DNA of 64,000 nucleotides. Origin: Schmidtea polychroa. Its lineage: Eukaryota. The notes under the pieces are model-generated. The model saw only the letters and a program-made list of their open reading frames with translations. It was not told the DNA's origin and did not search any database. The position numbers were made by a program, and so were the translations under genes. This document shows, one piece after another, positions 13,437-25,889 of the stretch (the first letter of the stretch is position 1; the number at the start of each line of letters is the position of its first letter). The DNA lies in assembly GCA_044892525.1 (NCBI GenBank), contig CM097885.1:41604001-41668000 (forward strand). The letters are read 5' to 3'.

Positions 13437-15299
13437 TGAAATATATAATAACTAAAATAATGTTGGTAAATAATTTAAAATATGCATATATCAAAATTGA
13501 AATAGATTTAGATCTATTAAAACATTTAAAGAATTTTAACTTTTCATGGTAATATTTATAATTTATTAGCAACTTTAATTTCGGATTACAATTTCATTTA
13601 AAAGTATTTAATTAAAATGTGACTTTATATATTTATGATAATATTCTAATCATAAAGTAGATCAAACGATTAACTTCAAGTTAAAATATTAAATTAAATA
13701 AATAATTTTTCTCACCTTTCCTTTTTATTTTAAAGATCACAGTCCGTGTGCACATATTTGTGTTTTGTAATTAATTGTACTCAAACGTTTCATATTTACT
13801 ACACTCGCAATTTTCTACACATTTTTTGAGATTAACTTAGTATGTGAAGGTTTTCTTTTTACTATTTGTCCGTGGCAATGATGTGCTTGCTAATGTTTCA
13901 TTTTGCAGTGTTACATTTTCAATTAATAATGTCACTAAGTTTTGATCCTTCAATCAATTCCGCTATTTTTACGATGTCATTTATATTGTCCCAAAAGTAG
14001 CATCAACAAATCTTCGGCATATACATTTTTCGAAACCAATTGAGCAGCTTGTTTGCAATTTAAAAGCAATGTCGAAAATTTAGCATCAGTGTTGATTTCG
14101 CCATTTAATTTTGCCTGTTCTAATGTTTCGGCAACTAATTTATGTCGTCTAGTAAGTGTAAAATTCGTTTTGAGAGCCGATAGAATTCCAATAATGAATG
14201 GAAATTCACCTTTTCCTGAAAAGTTTACTAAGTAATATATACCCGTATGCTTCGACTAGTGTTTCTATTTCAGGTTTAAAATCGTTTTCAGTTGTAAGCT
14301 TTTCGTTCAAATATTTAAAAATAAACGTATCTCCACAATCTACTAAAATAGCCACAGCAAGTGACCAACACTTAAAATAGGGGACAATTCCCACCAACTT
14401 ATACCTGAAAAATTTGTGAAAATTAATATAACAATATAAATTTACTAATGGAACGAGTATAAATGTGGATTGTGCCGCTGATGACTACCTCTACTGAGGA
14501 AGAAGCAAGCATTGCGAAAACAAAGTTCACTGCTAATGCTTCTTTCTCAGCGAGGTCGCATACAGTGGAAATTTCATAAATAACTACTTAAAAATCGAAA
14601 TTCCAAATAAATATTAAAATTTGAATTCGCCGCTTTGGGGTGATAAAAAAGTGACTTACATCATCATTTAAAAAAAGTATTTAAGTCCAAGATTTACTAA
14701 TTTAATTTATGAATTTAAGTTAAAGATTTATTCCTTTAATTTATTATAAAATTTTAATTTTTCCGATGGATTTTTCATTTCCATGATTAAAGAACTAAAA
14801 TAAATACTAGTTTTAGGCTAAATTAATATAAGATTAAAATTTAGACTAGTTGCAAATTCTCGTGGAATGGTGTGATAAGGCGGTCTAAGTAATTTGTCAG
14901 GATAGGTTGGCAGAGTGGACCAGACGCGATGAGCATTTAAACCAGAATTAAGTAGGGCAATGGGGCAACTTTAGGTAACGAATCTCATTGAGATGTCAGA
15001 CGCAAGAAGATCCAATGAAAACGGGGAAGGTAGAACAGATTGACCCATGAATAATGATGATTGATACGAATGGTGGGGTGAGCTGACACAGTGGAAGAAT
15101 ACAGGACACGTTAACAAGTTATCGGGAGCACTATTTGACGACAGGGACCATGTAAAGCGGACATAAACCTTCTAACGGTAGTCCGTGAACCCAAAAGAGT
15201 GCTCGACAATTATAGTGCAAGTAGTGCGCTCACTTTTTGCGAGAACTCACCCTCTTGATACAGCACCAATGTTGATCGCTCAACGGGTATCAAGCGGTA

Positions 15300-16200
15300 A
15301 ACAATGTTGTATCTTGGGTTACGCTGGTAACATCACTAAAGAGCAAAGTATTTGATCATCAGTAACTCACCAAAATTTATATTTCATTGGTAGCATTTAC
15401 TTCCTGTTTCTTCACAACAAAAACATTCTCCTGGGTTTAAGGTTTTATACTACTGAGGTTTTAATCTTCAATTTTCGTTGTAAAGCTTCTTTGCAATACT
15501 TTCAGTGATAGTATCGGTATCTTCCAAACTGTAAATTTGATTACCGGTGCTGTCAAACTCATTATCATTTAAAGTGTTTATTAAGTATTCTGCCAATATC
15601 AAAGTCGATTATTAGAAGGTTGCTTTTGTTGGTTATTCGTATTTTTTTTTCTTACAACATTGACATAACTATTTTTTGTACTTCACCAATGCTTCTAATT
15701 CTCAATGTCGATATCGTGATATTTTTGCGGTAGATCGTACTGCCTCCATCTTCATTCTTGGTTTTGTCTGATGATTTCTTTAATCCGATCATCGAGTACT
15801 TTAAAAAATATTACCTCACGTAAAATATCTTCTTAATTTATCCATGAATTGAAAACTGCTTTGACAAAATTTTTCACTGTTACTTTGAAAGTTGAAAATC
15901 TTTCGTTTGATTTTTGTCTAATCTAACCAAAGTCAATTATTTGTTTTAAAAAAGTCTATTTGATGGTAAAGATATCAAACAACTAGTTCTTTGCCTTATC
16001 GCCTGTATGGCAACTATCTTTAACAGATTTCCATAATAAAGCAACTTGGTCTTTCAACAAAATGTCTAATTATTAGACTATAATTTTTAATTCCGAGCTA
16101 TTCAAAAATGTCTTGTATCCACTTCCCTGCTTCGTGGTACTTCTTTCGTCGATTTGAAATTAAGTTCGCTACGACCTTGCTTCAAAAATGGTTCTAGAAA
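15300..16200 (-). mobile_element. Decayed LINE (CR1/L2-like) endonuclease-RT linker fragment
   Basis: Minus-strand remnants resembling LINE ORF2 (FLNS...LDILL..., EYL..., LKP..C); many stops. Confidence 0.4.
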
Positions 16201-17222
16201 GCTTCTATATCACATCAACAAAATTCTAGCTTAACTCAACAATTTTTTAGATTCAATAAATTCCTAAATTAAATATAATTTAAATAAATCTTCGATCACC
16301 ATAAAGTTAAAAATGGAATCATAAATTGACAAATTGCTATCTAATAGACTTTGAATTGAATTCATCAAATGTATTTACCAAATACAGGTATATTTATTCT
16401 GTACTTATTAGCACCTGTACTATAAAATTATATTTGTAAAACTTTATTATTTTCCTATCTTCTAGCATTATTTTCAGAGTATAATGTAAGAAATAAAAGT
16501 TAAATGTTTCAAAATTTCCAAATTCCTTGAAATTGCAAGAAAGAATCGAAAACAGTCAATTATCTTTTCATATAAACTTTTTTTGATTTGTCTAACTGTA
16601 ATGATTTTGCCATAGTTGTGCAATGAGTGTCATGATCCCAAGACGTCAGAAGTCTATTGAATAATAGGTCAGGGACAACATAATTGATATTACGACAAAT
16701 ACATTATATTGTGATATTCTTGTGCGCTCTAAAAACCACTGAGCATAAATTAAACTAGTGTCAGCTTAGTTTATCTTTTATAATTACACTCACATATTCT
16801 GAAATCTCACTTTAGCTTCTTAACTGAAACAACTTCTGAAGCTTTTAAATTATTGAAATATACAACATTTGGAACACATAAACATGTTTTCAGACAAAAT
16901 TAAGACTAAGCTAAAGTAAAAAAATTACTAAATTATATTAAAATAAGACAATGTATAATCATAAAATAAACAATATAAAGCTTCAAAGTCACTATATTAG
17001 ATGTAAATTTTATAAATCAAACTTACATTTTGTTTGTTTATTAATTAATTCAATAATTTAAAAACATTTTATTATTTCGTTTTTATGTACAATTAAGCTA
17101 ACAATTTGTAAAATGTTAAAATTTATTCATTTTTATCAATATCAATTTCTTGTTATTTAATAACTTTTTAAAATTAAATATTCCAATATAAAATGTTCAT
17201 ATTCTAATATTTAACCACTGCA

Positions 17223-17285
17223 ATGAATGTTGATGCAATAACTGAACTTGGAGAATGCGTTGTAGAACAATTAAAACCAAGCATG
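17223..17285 (+). CDS. DDHD1: DDHD1-like phospholipase A1, exon 1
   Basis: MNVDAITELGECVVEQLKPSM then GTAAGT; joins to VRWFY as in DDHD1 (VTELGPEEVRWFY). Confidence 0.75.
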
Positions 17286-17602
17286 GTAAGTTTGCATTGT
17301 GATTATAAAATATTTCAGGGATTATAATTTATGTTATAATAATGCATAATTTTATTCTATATATATATATATATATATTTTATTTTAATGCTTTATTTTA
17401 GTTTTTTATGTGGTATCCAAAGATTTTATAATTATAAGCAGTCGTTGGCCTGTCGGAAATCGAAATACTTTTTAATTTATATAATTTTCATACACAATAT
17501 AAATTATTAACTATTTTCTTTCAAATAATTTCCTAATGTCTGTGGATGAGAAATAATGAACAGACAGCAAAACATATTAACGCAAATACGCTAATTTATT
17601 AT

Positions 17603-18113
17603 TCTAATATATAATTACGCTCATCACTGATTCACTGACTGATTCTATAACGCTCGCTGATTGGTTAAACTTATTTAGTTTATTAAACTTTATTAATCTA
17701 CTTACAACAGTAAACAGTAAATAAATAATAATAATAATAATAATAATTTCTAATATATAATTACGCTCATCACTGATTCACTGACTGATTCTATAACGCT
17801 CGCTGATTGGTTGATCCTAACAATATCATAAAAATTTCTCTCTCTCACTAATACTATCATAGAATTTTTACACGAATAACGAGTTTTGAAAAAGCGCTTT
17901 CTAAGTTTATTTTGCAAAAAAAAAGAAGTTCTTCAATAAAAACAATTTTTTTGGCAATTTTTTTTTCATATTCCATATATATAACAGAAATAATTTTCAA
18001 ATTGCTTAAGAATACAAGAAATTGAATTTTTTATAAATATTTAGTATGTCAAACTGTTCATTTATTTTTGATTTGTCAACGGGCGCCTTAGGCGCCTTGC
18101 AATTATTAACTAG
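17603..18113 (+). mobile_element. Non-autonomous Helitron with a duplicated 5' end
   Basis: TCTAATATATAATTACGCTCATCACTGA head at both 17603 and 17749; 3' hairpin ggcgcc-tta-ggcgcc followed by CTAG|T at 18110-18113. Confidence 0.7.
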
Positions 18114-18315
18114 TTAATAAATAAATTAAATACAATATGCACAAAAACAAGTGCTCATATTCGAGAAAAAATAATACGAATGAACTAAATCTACAAAAAC
18201 AACTTAAAAAATAAAAAATAATAAAAATTTTATAACTTGAAAATAATAGAATGTTTAAAAATATCCGATCAATCAGAAGTTGACAACTGAGTGTATGATA
18301 AATATTCATATAGAC

Positions 18316-19333
18316 CAGTCGTCGTTACTCCAATTTTGGTCGATCGTTGATCTCTCGCAATGTCTACTACCGTGACAAGCCAGAAAATCCGAAGAAGATT
18401 TTTGGAAATATGTCAGCCGAGAAAAAATATCCCAATGTCATCAAATGTAGCGAATATATCTATTCTTGTTTCGGATCTACATATCTTTGCGAATCGCCAT
18501 TTTCATAGTTGAAGCTAACGAAGACTAAACAACGTTCTGTCCTGTCTGGTTCCCATACAGAAGACTCATTATTAATATCTTTGTCGGGATATACACCTGA
18601 TTATGATTCCTTGGTTAGTGACATGCAAACTCAGTCTTTCCATTAATGTTAAGGGAACAAATTAAATTCTAAATCTGCATTTAACTGTGGCTACTTTGAA
18701 TTAATAAATATTATTAATAATTAATGACGTTCTTTTAATTCCCGTGGACGTGAGTATTTGGCCCTTTAAATAATTATTGTTGATGTTTTTTTACGTAGGT
18801 AGATAAGCTGCATATCTATATTTCAGTACTAGATGTACTTACGAGTTATTGATCAATTAGCAAAAGTAAGTCATATTATTCCCTCGTGAAAAATTTTCTT
18901 GACCCAAAAGAACAAGAAAATGAAATATTGTAATTAAATTATCAGCCATTCTGTGCATTTTTATAACAACTTTTTTATATTTACGAACAAATATTACAAC
19001 AAATATACATTGCAGTTGATAAAAAAAAACTAATTTGCATTTTATGTTAGTAAAAATATATCTCGAAAAAGTGTTGTAAAATCGAATTTTTTAGGTACCG
19101 CATATACGGAATGTGCTATCAAAAGTTTAGTCTGGGAATTTATTTTCTTCGGGAGCCTAAATATCGAAAACTAATAATTGATATGAAACTAAAAATAGGT
19201 GGAATACACCTTATGCTGAAACATAGTGTACAAACATAGTATACATTACACACCCATTATGACAATAAGTCGATTTCGACACACTCTTAACAAAAAAAGT
19301 AGATCTTGTATACAGAAAAGTTGGACATCCCTG
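18316..19333 (+). mobile_element. Decayed hAT (Charlie/SPIN, GTF2IRD2-like), 3' part
   Basis: C-terminal dimerisation-domain remnant FGSTYLCESPFS*LKLTKTKQRSVL...QSFH* (18400-18646); terminus gttggacatccctg. Confidence 0.7.
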
Positions 19334-19649
19334 ATATATATAATGTAATTAATAGTTTTTTACTTCAAACTTAGTTTTTTTATTTAAATCAAGTTTCTAT
19401 GATTTAGGATTTATTGAAAGATTGTTAGTGCAAAATGGTTCCGGTTAACACTTTCATAAATAAAGAGAATATTATGCATTTACTACTTCAGTATCTTTAT
19501 CATATGAGTGTGTCACAGATCATTTCTTATTAGATTTTGTAAATAAATATTTAGATAGCAATAAATTAAAGTTGTAAATGTATATCCAATTTGATTTTTG
19601 AAAGCAGGTTATATCTTTTTAAATTCATATTGAGACTAAAAAATTTACA

Positions 19650-20175
19650 AATGAGACTAATCAATTTCAAAGCTACTGAATGTAAGATTTTTATTAAAAT
19701 CGCTAAAATAATTTATACCCAAAAGTTCTTATACAAAAAAAGTAGAAGCCGATAATGTAAGGAAAAAAATCTATACTTTGAGGAATAATAACGAGGATTC
19801 GAAAGCACTTGTAAAAACATTAGGCATGAAGAAACAAAATACCTATCTATTAGGGAAGAATCAAAAATTCCCAAAAAACAACGTGCTGAGAAGCGAAAAA
19901 CAAAAATTGCCGAACATCGTGTATTTATACAACAGTATATTGAAGAAAATCCCAGGATAACCTTAAAATAACTGAGAAAAAATTCAAAGTAATCATACAA
20001 TTTTTGTGTCTACAGAATGTTTGAGAATACATTTAGATGGATTACTGTATACGTTGAAGAACATTTGAATGGATTATGAAAGAGCCAATATTGAAGGTAA
20101 TAAAATAAAACGAAGTGATTATGTTCGAGAACTTTTAGAATGAAAATCTAGCAGTGTACCTATATTTGTCTTCGT
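19650..20175 (+). pseudogene. Decayed IS630/Tc1-like transposase (target of the Gypsy insertion)
   Basis: FIQQYIEENPRITLK..., LYTLK...ERANIEGNKIKRSDYVRELL...PIFVFV; cut by the LTR just before the expected DE motif. Confidence 0.6.
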
Positions 20176-20398
20176 TGTAAAGAGTTAGTAAACCCCTATA
20201 TAAAATTATTATGGTTAAATGGTAGAAGTGAGATCAGTTAGTAGAAATAATTATTTCTGTTCAATTTTTATATTTAAATTCTATAATAAATTATATCATA
20301 TTATATTAAATTATATTAAATTAAATCAATTAAATGTATGATCAGTAATTACATTAATATTAATAATTATCACGCCTCAGTGTTTAAATACGCTAGTA

Positions 20399-21550
20399 TA
20401 GGGTTTTTAGTTTAAATAGATTTTTTTTAATTAATGAATATTTTTTTTTAATCGATGAATATTTTATTTTAATTAATGAATGTTTTATTTTAATTAATGA
20501 ATGTTTTTCTGTGAACCCTTTATGGACCAACCAACTTGTATACCGGACAGAAGGTCCAAAAATATCTCAGATGAAAAACGTCTTGATATAATTCAAGCGT
20601 TAGAAGGTGGGAATCTTACTCGTACTTCGGTAGCCAAGACATTTAATGTGTCATATTCGAGTGTAGTGAAGATATATGGGGATTTTTGCAAAACGGGCAA
20701 AGTTGAAAAATTAAAGGTAGGTGGAAGGAAACCAAAAAAGTTATCTGTGGAAAACATAACGTTTATAAAAGATTTGTTGCTTGAGAATTGCAGTTTAACC
20801 CTAAATGAAATCAAGTTAAAAGTATTCGAGAGGTTTGCAGCGTCGGTATGCGAGGCAACAATATCGAGTTATATTGAAAGTTTCAATTTTTCAATTAAAA
20901 GAATTTCAAAGATTTCAAATGCAGCAATTACAGAGACATTGGTTGCAGAACGAAGAACATACAGTAGCTGGTTCCTCGAGAAAGTAAATGAAGGAAAAAA
21001 ATTTCTATTCTTTGATGAAACCGGTTTCCAAGTAACAATGAGGAAACATTATGTCTCATTTCATAAGTGTAGTGAAATTTCAACCTTTATTGAATCGAAA
21101 GGACACCAAATCAAGTTTCTACCACCCTATAGTCCATTTTTCAATCCCATTGAATTCATGTTTTCTCAATGGAAAGGTATTGTAAGATCACGAAAACCAA
21201 ATACTGATGTCGAGCTTTTGAGAATTATCGATGATTTTAAAAACATCCTAACGGTAGAACAATGCGAAAATTATGTGAGGCATGTTACAAACAATATTAT
21301 AAAATGTTTGGGTGGTATAAATGTATTCGAGGAATAAATATTTTCATTTTAACTTTATTTATTTACCGAATCTTGTTGGTTTATCGTTAATATACATTTT
21401 ACTCGTGTTTACAAAAATGAATTCAAAATAAATATTTTTATAAATATTCATCAATTAAAAAAAAATATTCATCAATTAAAAAAAAATATTCATAAATTAA
21501 AAAAAAACACTCATCAATTAAAAAAAAATCTATTTAAACTAAAAACCCTA
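20399..21550 (+). mobile_element. IS630/Tc1-like DNA transposon inserted in the LTR
   Basis: TA TSD (20397-98, 21551-52); TIR TAGGGTTTTTAGTTTAAATAGATTTTTTT; subterminal aatgaatattttttt repeats at both ends. Confidence 0.93.
20501..21337 (+). CDS. IS630/Tc1 transposase with an internal in-frame deletion
   Basis: HTH N-terminus, FFDETGF (D1) and LPPYSPFFNPIE (E); the segment containing MDN (D2) is missing between MRKHY and VSFHK. Confidence 0.85.
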   Translation: MFFCEPFMDQPTCIPDRRSKNISDEKRLDIIQALEGGNLTRTSVAKTFNVSYSSVVKIYGDFCKTGKVEKLKVGGRKPKKLSVENITFIKDLLLENCSLTLNEIKLKVFERFAASVCEATISSYIESFNFSIKRISKISNAAITETLVAERRTYSSWFLEKVNEGKKFLFFDETGFQVTMRKHYVSFHKCSEISTFIESKGHQIKFLPPYSPFFNPIEFMFSQWKGIVRSRKPNTDVELLRIIDDFKNILTVEQCENYVRHVTNNIIKCLGGINVFEE

Positions 21551-21621
21551 TAAACGACACAGTTTTGAAGTTGTTATAAAAATTAATGTTTGAAGAAGAT
21601 TTGAATTTAATTGCGTCTAAC

Positions 21622-22920
21622 ATGGTGACCACGACCACGGATTTATTGATAAGCAGACTATTACCCGAGACATTTCACAAAGGCGATGATCCAGAAAATT
21701 TTATCAAGGATTGTCAAATGTTTTTTGGCGCGACGAAAACAACAATTAGGATGCAAGTAATATTAACTACAACATTACTTGACAGATCGCTAATGGAAGA
21801 TTATGAAGCAGCCGAAGGAAAAACTATGGAAGAGAAACTTCGATGTGCATTTTCGAAACCGACATCATTAATGGATAATCTAAAAAAAGCTTTGAGTTAT
21901 GAACAAGGATCAGATTCAGCCGAAACTTTTATAGAGAAAATTAAAAAGATGACAAAGAAATTAATAGCGCACAAATGGGATGAAGAAGAAATAGAAAAAT
22001 GCCTGCTTACAAACTGTGTAAGAGATCGAGAAGTTAAAAAAGAGATCGAGATGAAAAATTTGCAAAGATCAGAAGAAATAAAAGCGACAATAAAGAAATT
22101 AGAAAAGGTAAACAAAATTATGGGCCATATTAATGTTGTGAAGACTTCACCGGTTGTTCAAAACTACAGAAGCTACAGAGATGTTGCTCAAAGAGGAATG
22201 GTAAACGGAAATAATAATTTCAAGCAGCGAAACGTCAGTAACCGACAATTGGAATGCTGGACATGCAAGAAAACTGGTCATATTAGTCGAGAATGCCAAA
22301 TGAAAAAGAAAATGACGTGTTTTGCATGCGGAGTTGAAGGCCACGTACGGAGAAAATGTTCAACGATTCAATGCCAGAGATGTCACTTACGTGGACACAA
22401 GGAGATTGACTGCTATACAAATTTGGAAAGAAGGAAGTTTCAAACTAATTCAAACATGAGAAACAATAATTATTATGCCCATCGAACCACAAGCTATCAA
22501 CAAAAGATCAACAATCCAGGAAGAACAATTGCAGCAATTGAAGCTAATAATGATACGATGCCACTTGAGTATTCAGATGATGCAGAAGACAAATATGAGG
22601 AGATTCAGCACCCAAATGTACATGCTTCGACACGGGTGAATATTGGTCATAAAAACTTTAATAGTGTAAATAATCCTTATATATATAATAATGTAGAACC
22701 TTTATGTAATAAAATTTGTAATTTTAAAAAGTTTCCTTTAAATAATTTTAAATGTTATAGATATTTTAATGCTGATCGATCTTTAATAAATAATAATAAT
22801 AATCCTAAGAATCAAGAAGAGTATAATGAAATTAAAGAAGCAGAATATAATAATAAAATAGTAAATGAAAAAGTTTATAAATTTATTAAAAAGGCAGAAG
22901 ATAAATTAGAAATTAACTAG
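21622..22920 (+). CDS. Gypsy Gag fused in frame to the start of pol
   Basis: MVTTTTDLLISRLLPETF..., three CCHC knuckles; a short deletion relative to copy 1 removes the gag stop. Confidence 0.8.
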   Translation: MVTTTTDLLISRLLPETFHKGDDPENFIKDCQMFFGATKTTIRMQVILTTTLLDRSLMEDYEAAEGKTMEEKLRCAFSKPTSLMDNLKKALSYEQGSDSAETFIEKIKKMTKKLIAHKWDEEEIEKCLLTNCVRDREVKKEIEMKNLQRSEEIKATIKKLEKVNKIMGHINVVKTSPVVQNYRSYRDVAQRGMVNGNNNFKQRNVSNRQLECWTCKKTGHISRECQMKKKMTCFACGVEGHVRRKCSTIQCQRCHLRGHKEIDCYTNLERRKFQTNSNMRNNNYYAHRTTSYQQKINNPGRTIAAIEANNDTMPLEYSDDAEDKYEEIQHPNVHASTRVNIGHKNFNSVNNPYIYNNVEPLCNKICNFKKFPLNNFKCYRYFNADRSLINNNNNPKNQEEYNEIKEAEYNNKIVNEKVYKFIKKAEDKLEIN

Positions 22921-22986
22921 GACTATCTTATAGTCGAAAATTTTTTCATTAAATTCATTATTTGCAGCAAAAGGCTTAAATTATCA

Positions 22987-23100
<114 letters not shown>

Positions 23101-23418
23101 GTAAAATCTATAAGTATTTCTTATTAAATTGAGTAAAAGGTTTGCTAATTTACTGATGAATATTGAATCATTGTGCTATGAAATACCTACAAGAAATTCC
23201 TAAATATTATTTCCTATTAAATCCTAAATATATTCAGTTTAATATTCGTTACACAATCTGATCAGATTAATTTGACATTTACAGTAGAGATATTTTATTA
23301 AGTTCGTGTTAAATAGAAATAGAACATTGATTTATAGTGTGAATGAAATGAAGATAAATGAAAATACTAATATATTTCCACAAATAAAAGTATTAATTGT
23401 GCTGTGACTTATAATTAG

Positions 23419-23626
23419 GTTCGATGGTTTTATAGAGAAAAAAGCGGTTTGACAGCATTTACGGGATATGATTCTTTACAATTGGAAGAAAAGCACCGAT
23501 CAATTAATGAAATGGATGTGACTAGCACTCATTTTCAACAATTAAAGGATGATTACATTCTTGTAAGAGAAAACATGTATATGGTCAATTTATTAAGGAG
23601 AAGAATGTTTTCTATCTTTTACGTAG
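23419..23626 (+). CDS. DDHD1: DDHD1-like phospholipase A1, exon 2
   Basis: AG|VRWFYREKSGLTAFTGYDSLQLE...VRENMYMVNL...; phase-1 donor GTTAGC. Confidence 0.85.
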
Positions 23627-24289
23627 GTTAGCTCCTTATTTTCACATACAATTATTATCATGCAACCAATAGTTATATTTTGAAAATTATTTTCGCTTAA
23701 TATTATGTCATTTGCATAATTTGGTCAAATTTAACATTAATGCAAATATAATATTTCATATAATACACTTTCCAGTTGAATTATCTTTCTCTTCCCGTTA
23801 AAGTCAATCATCCTCTTGAAAATAAAGTTATAATTTTCTCCTTAAGAAAAGTTGTCAATCATAATTTCATCGAAATGGTTCGCTCAAATTTTCAGTTGTT
23901 TAATTAGTTTTAATAAATACATTCCATTAAATTAAGACGCATGTTTAACTTCTTTCGTTTAATCTAAGCTTCACTATGCACTCATAATTTTAGAGAACCC
24001 ATAGGCCTTAAGAGATAATGATTACGTCACTAGTTAATGGACAAGAAGCCGCTAACTCACATACTCACCCCCCTGCTGAGAATTTAATTTCTTAAATTCT
24101 TAGTATTTATATGTAGGTCAATTCAAATTTATGTAGGTCAACTCAAAATTAGATAGATCAATTCAAAATCTATGTAGTTCAAATCGACTTTAAAAGTAGG
24201 GGCCCGCTAACTCAGTTTAGATCCAATATACACGCTATATAGTTTCAATAAATAGTCTAACTCAAAATAAGTCAAGTAAGAAATATATA

Positions 24290-24346
<57 letters not shown>

Positions 24347-25889
24347 GGTAGAAAAACTGAGTGAATCCGTATACGTGTGTAATGGACAATAAATAAGGGC
24401 TCCAAAATATTTATAAAAATTATTGAGATCAAATCGACATTAAAAGTAGAGGACCCACTAACTCAAAGTTGATTATTTAGAGTTCCTCACAATGTATTTC
24501 GGCGATCAATGTCTCATTTCGAATGGTTTTTCTTAAGATACTCGAATGTTTATTTTGATGATCCAAGATATTGCAAGGATAATTTTGAAGGGATTTATGG
24601 ACGGTCAAAATTTATATAACCACCCGAGCAGATATACTCTTAATCAATAAATTGTATTTATCATGTTATTCCTAATTATGCATTTGCATTGCACATGCCT
24701 TTATTAGTCATGCATGTGTATTGTAAATGTCCTTTGTTAATCATACAACTATATTTATTCCGATTTTGGTTGGCTAAATGTGTTATAAATAATCCAAATT
24801 TCAAACAAAATTTTATATTAATTTATTAAATGAGCTGGTCAGTCACAAACAGAACAATGAAATCCTCAATAGCATTCAATACTTGGTCAATCGCACAGAG
24901 AAGATAATGGAAGCCATATACCCCTGGAATATCAATTAATTTTAAATTTGAAAACATTGGAGCAAAAGAGGAAATCCTTCAAATTAATATTTTATTTATT
25001 GTTCGATGATCAAAATGAACTCAAATAATCATCGGGTTCGCATACATGAAAAATATTATCATGAAATCAGGCTCAGACTATGAAAATTATTTCAAATGGT
25101 CTGTTGCGGTATATTATTTTAGTATTAAATTTATTGGTAATATAATTATTTAGATTATTGATTTGAAAATTGCTCCATGAATAGATGCCAATGGTGGATG
25201 GAATACTCTGGTGCCATTGTATTTTACCTTTTTTCTGACGACATTATTATCATTTTTAAATTTTAATGACTTTGTTTATAGCATATCTTTGTTTAAGTTT
25301 GTATATATATTGTAATTGATCTGCGTTCATGTGAAATTATTATTATTATTATTATATAACAAAAATTAAAAAATTAATAAAGAAAATTTATTCTTTATTT
25401 ACAATCTTAGAAAAATGAAATCGTTGAAGAGATTTCACTAAAGTCCATTTAACAAATCTGCACTGCAACAACATCAGATGAATCATGTATATTCAGTTCC
25501 AGTTCCATATTCAACATATTCGTCTGAAAATAAAATATTAAAAATTAAAATAATAAATTAATATTTACCATAATGTTCGATTTCATTTCCAATAGGGGTT
25601 GATATATTATACATATTAAAAATGAAATTTGTAGAATAAACTGACTTGTAGAATAATCATTTTGTTTTAAATAAATTTCTATCAATAGAATGATTTCATT
25701 TTGAATGTTAGTAACAAAATCTTTCTACTCCAAATTTCTCAACCCTAGCACAACTACTTTACCACTAGAGAACACGTTAACACACATGGGATTATATTTT
25801 TAAAGTATCAAAGAAGGAAATAATTATTAAGAGTTCATTAAATTGTATAATATAAACAAAAATTATATTTATAAAACTTAATAACGAAA

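Larger units (their letters stand above)
20176..22920 (+). mobile_element. Second, 3'-truncated copy of the same Gypsy family (5' LTR, PBS, gag)
   Basis: LTR 20176-~21622 matches 7574-7856 once the Tc1 insert is removed; PBS TGGTGACCACGAC; gag nearly identical to 3263-4288. Confidence 0.93.

Noticed and set aside
20501..21337. Fanzor/TnpB-associated or bacterial IS630 system
   Set aside because: No RuvC/TnpB-like ORF is present in or beside any of the IS630/Tc1 elements, and the context is eukaryotic introns
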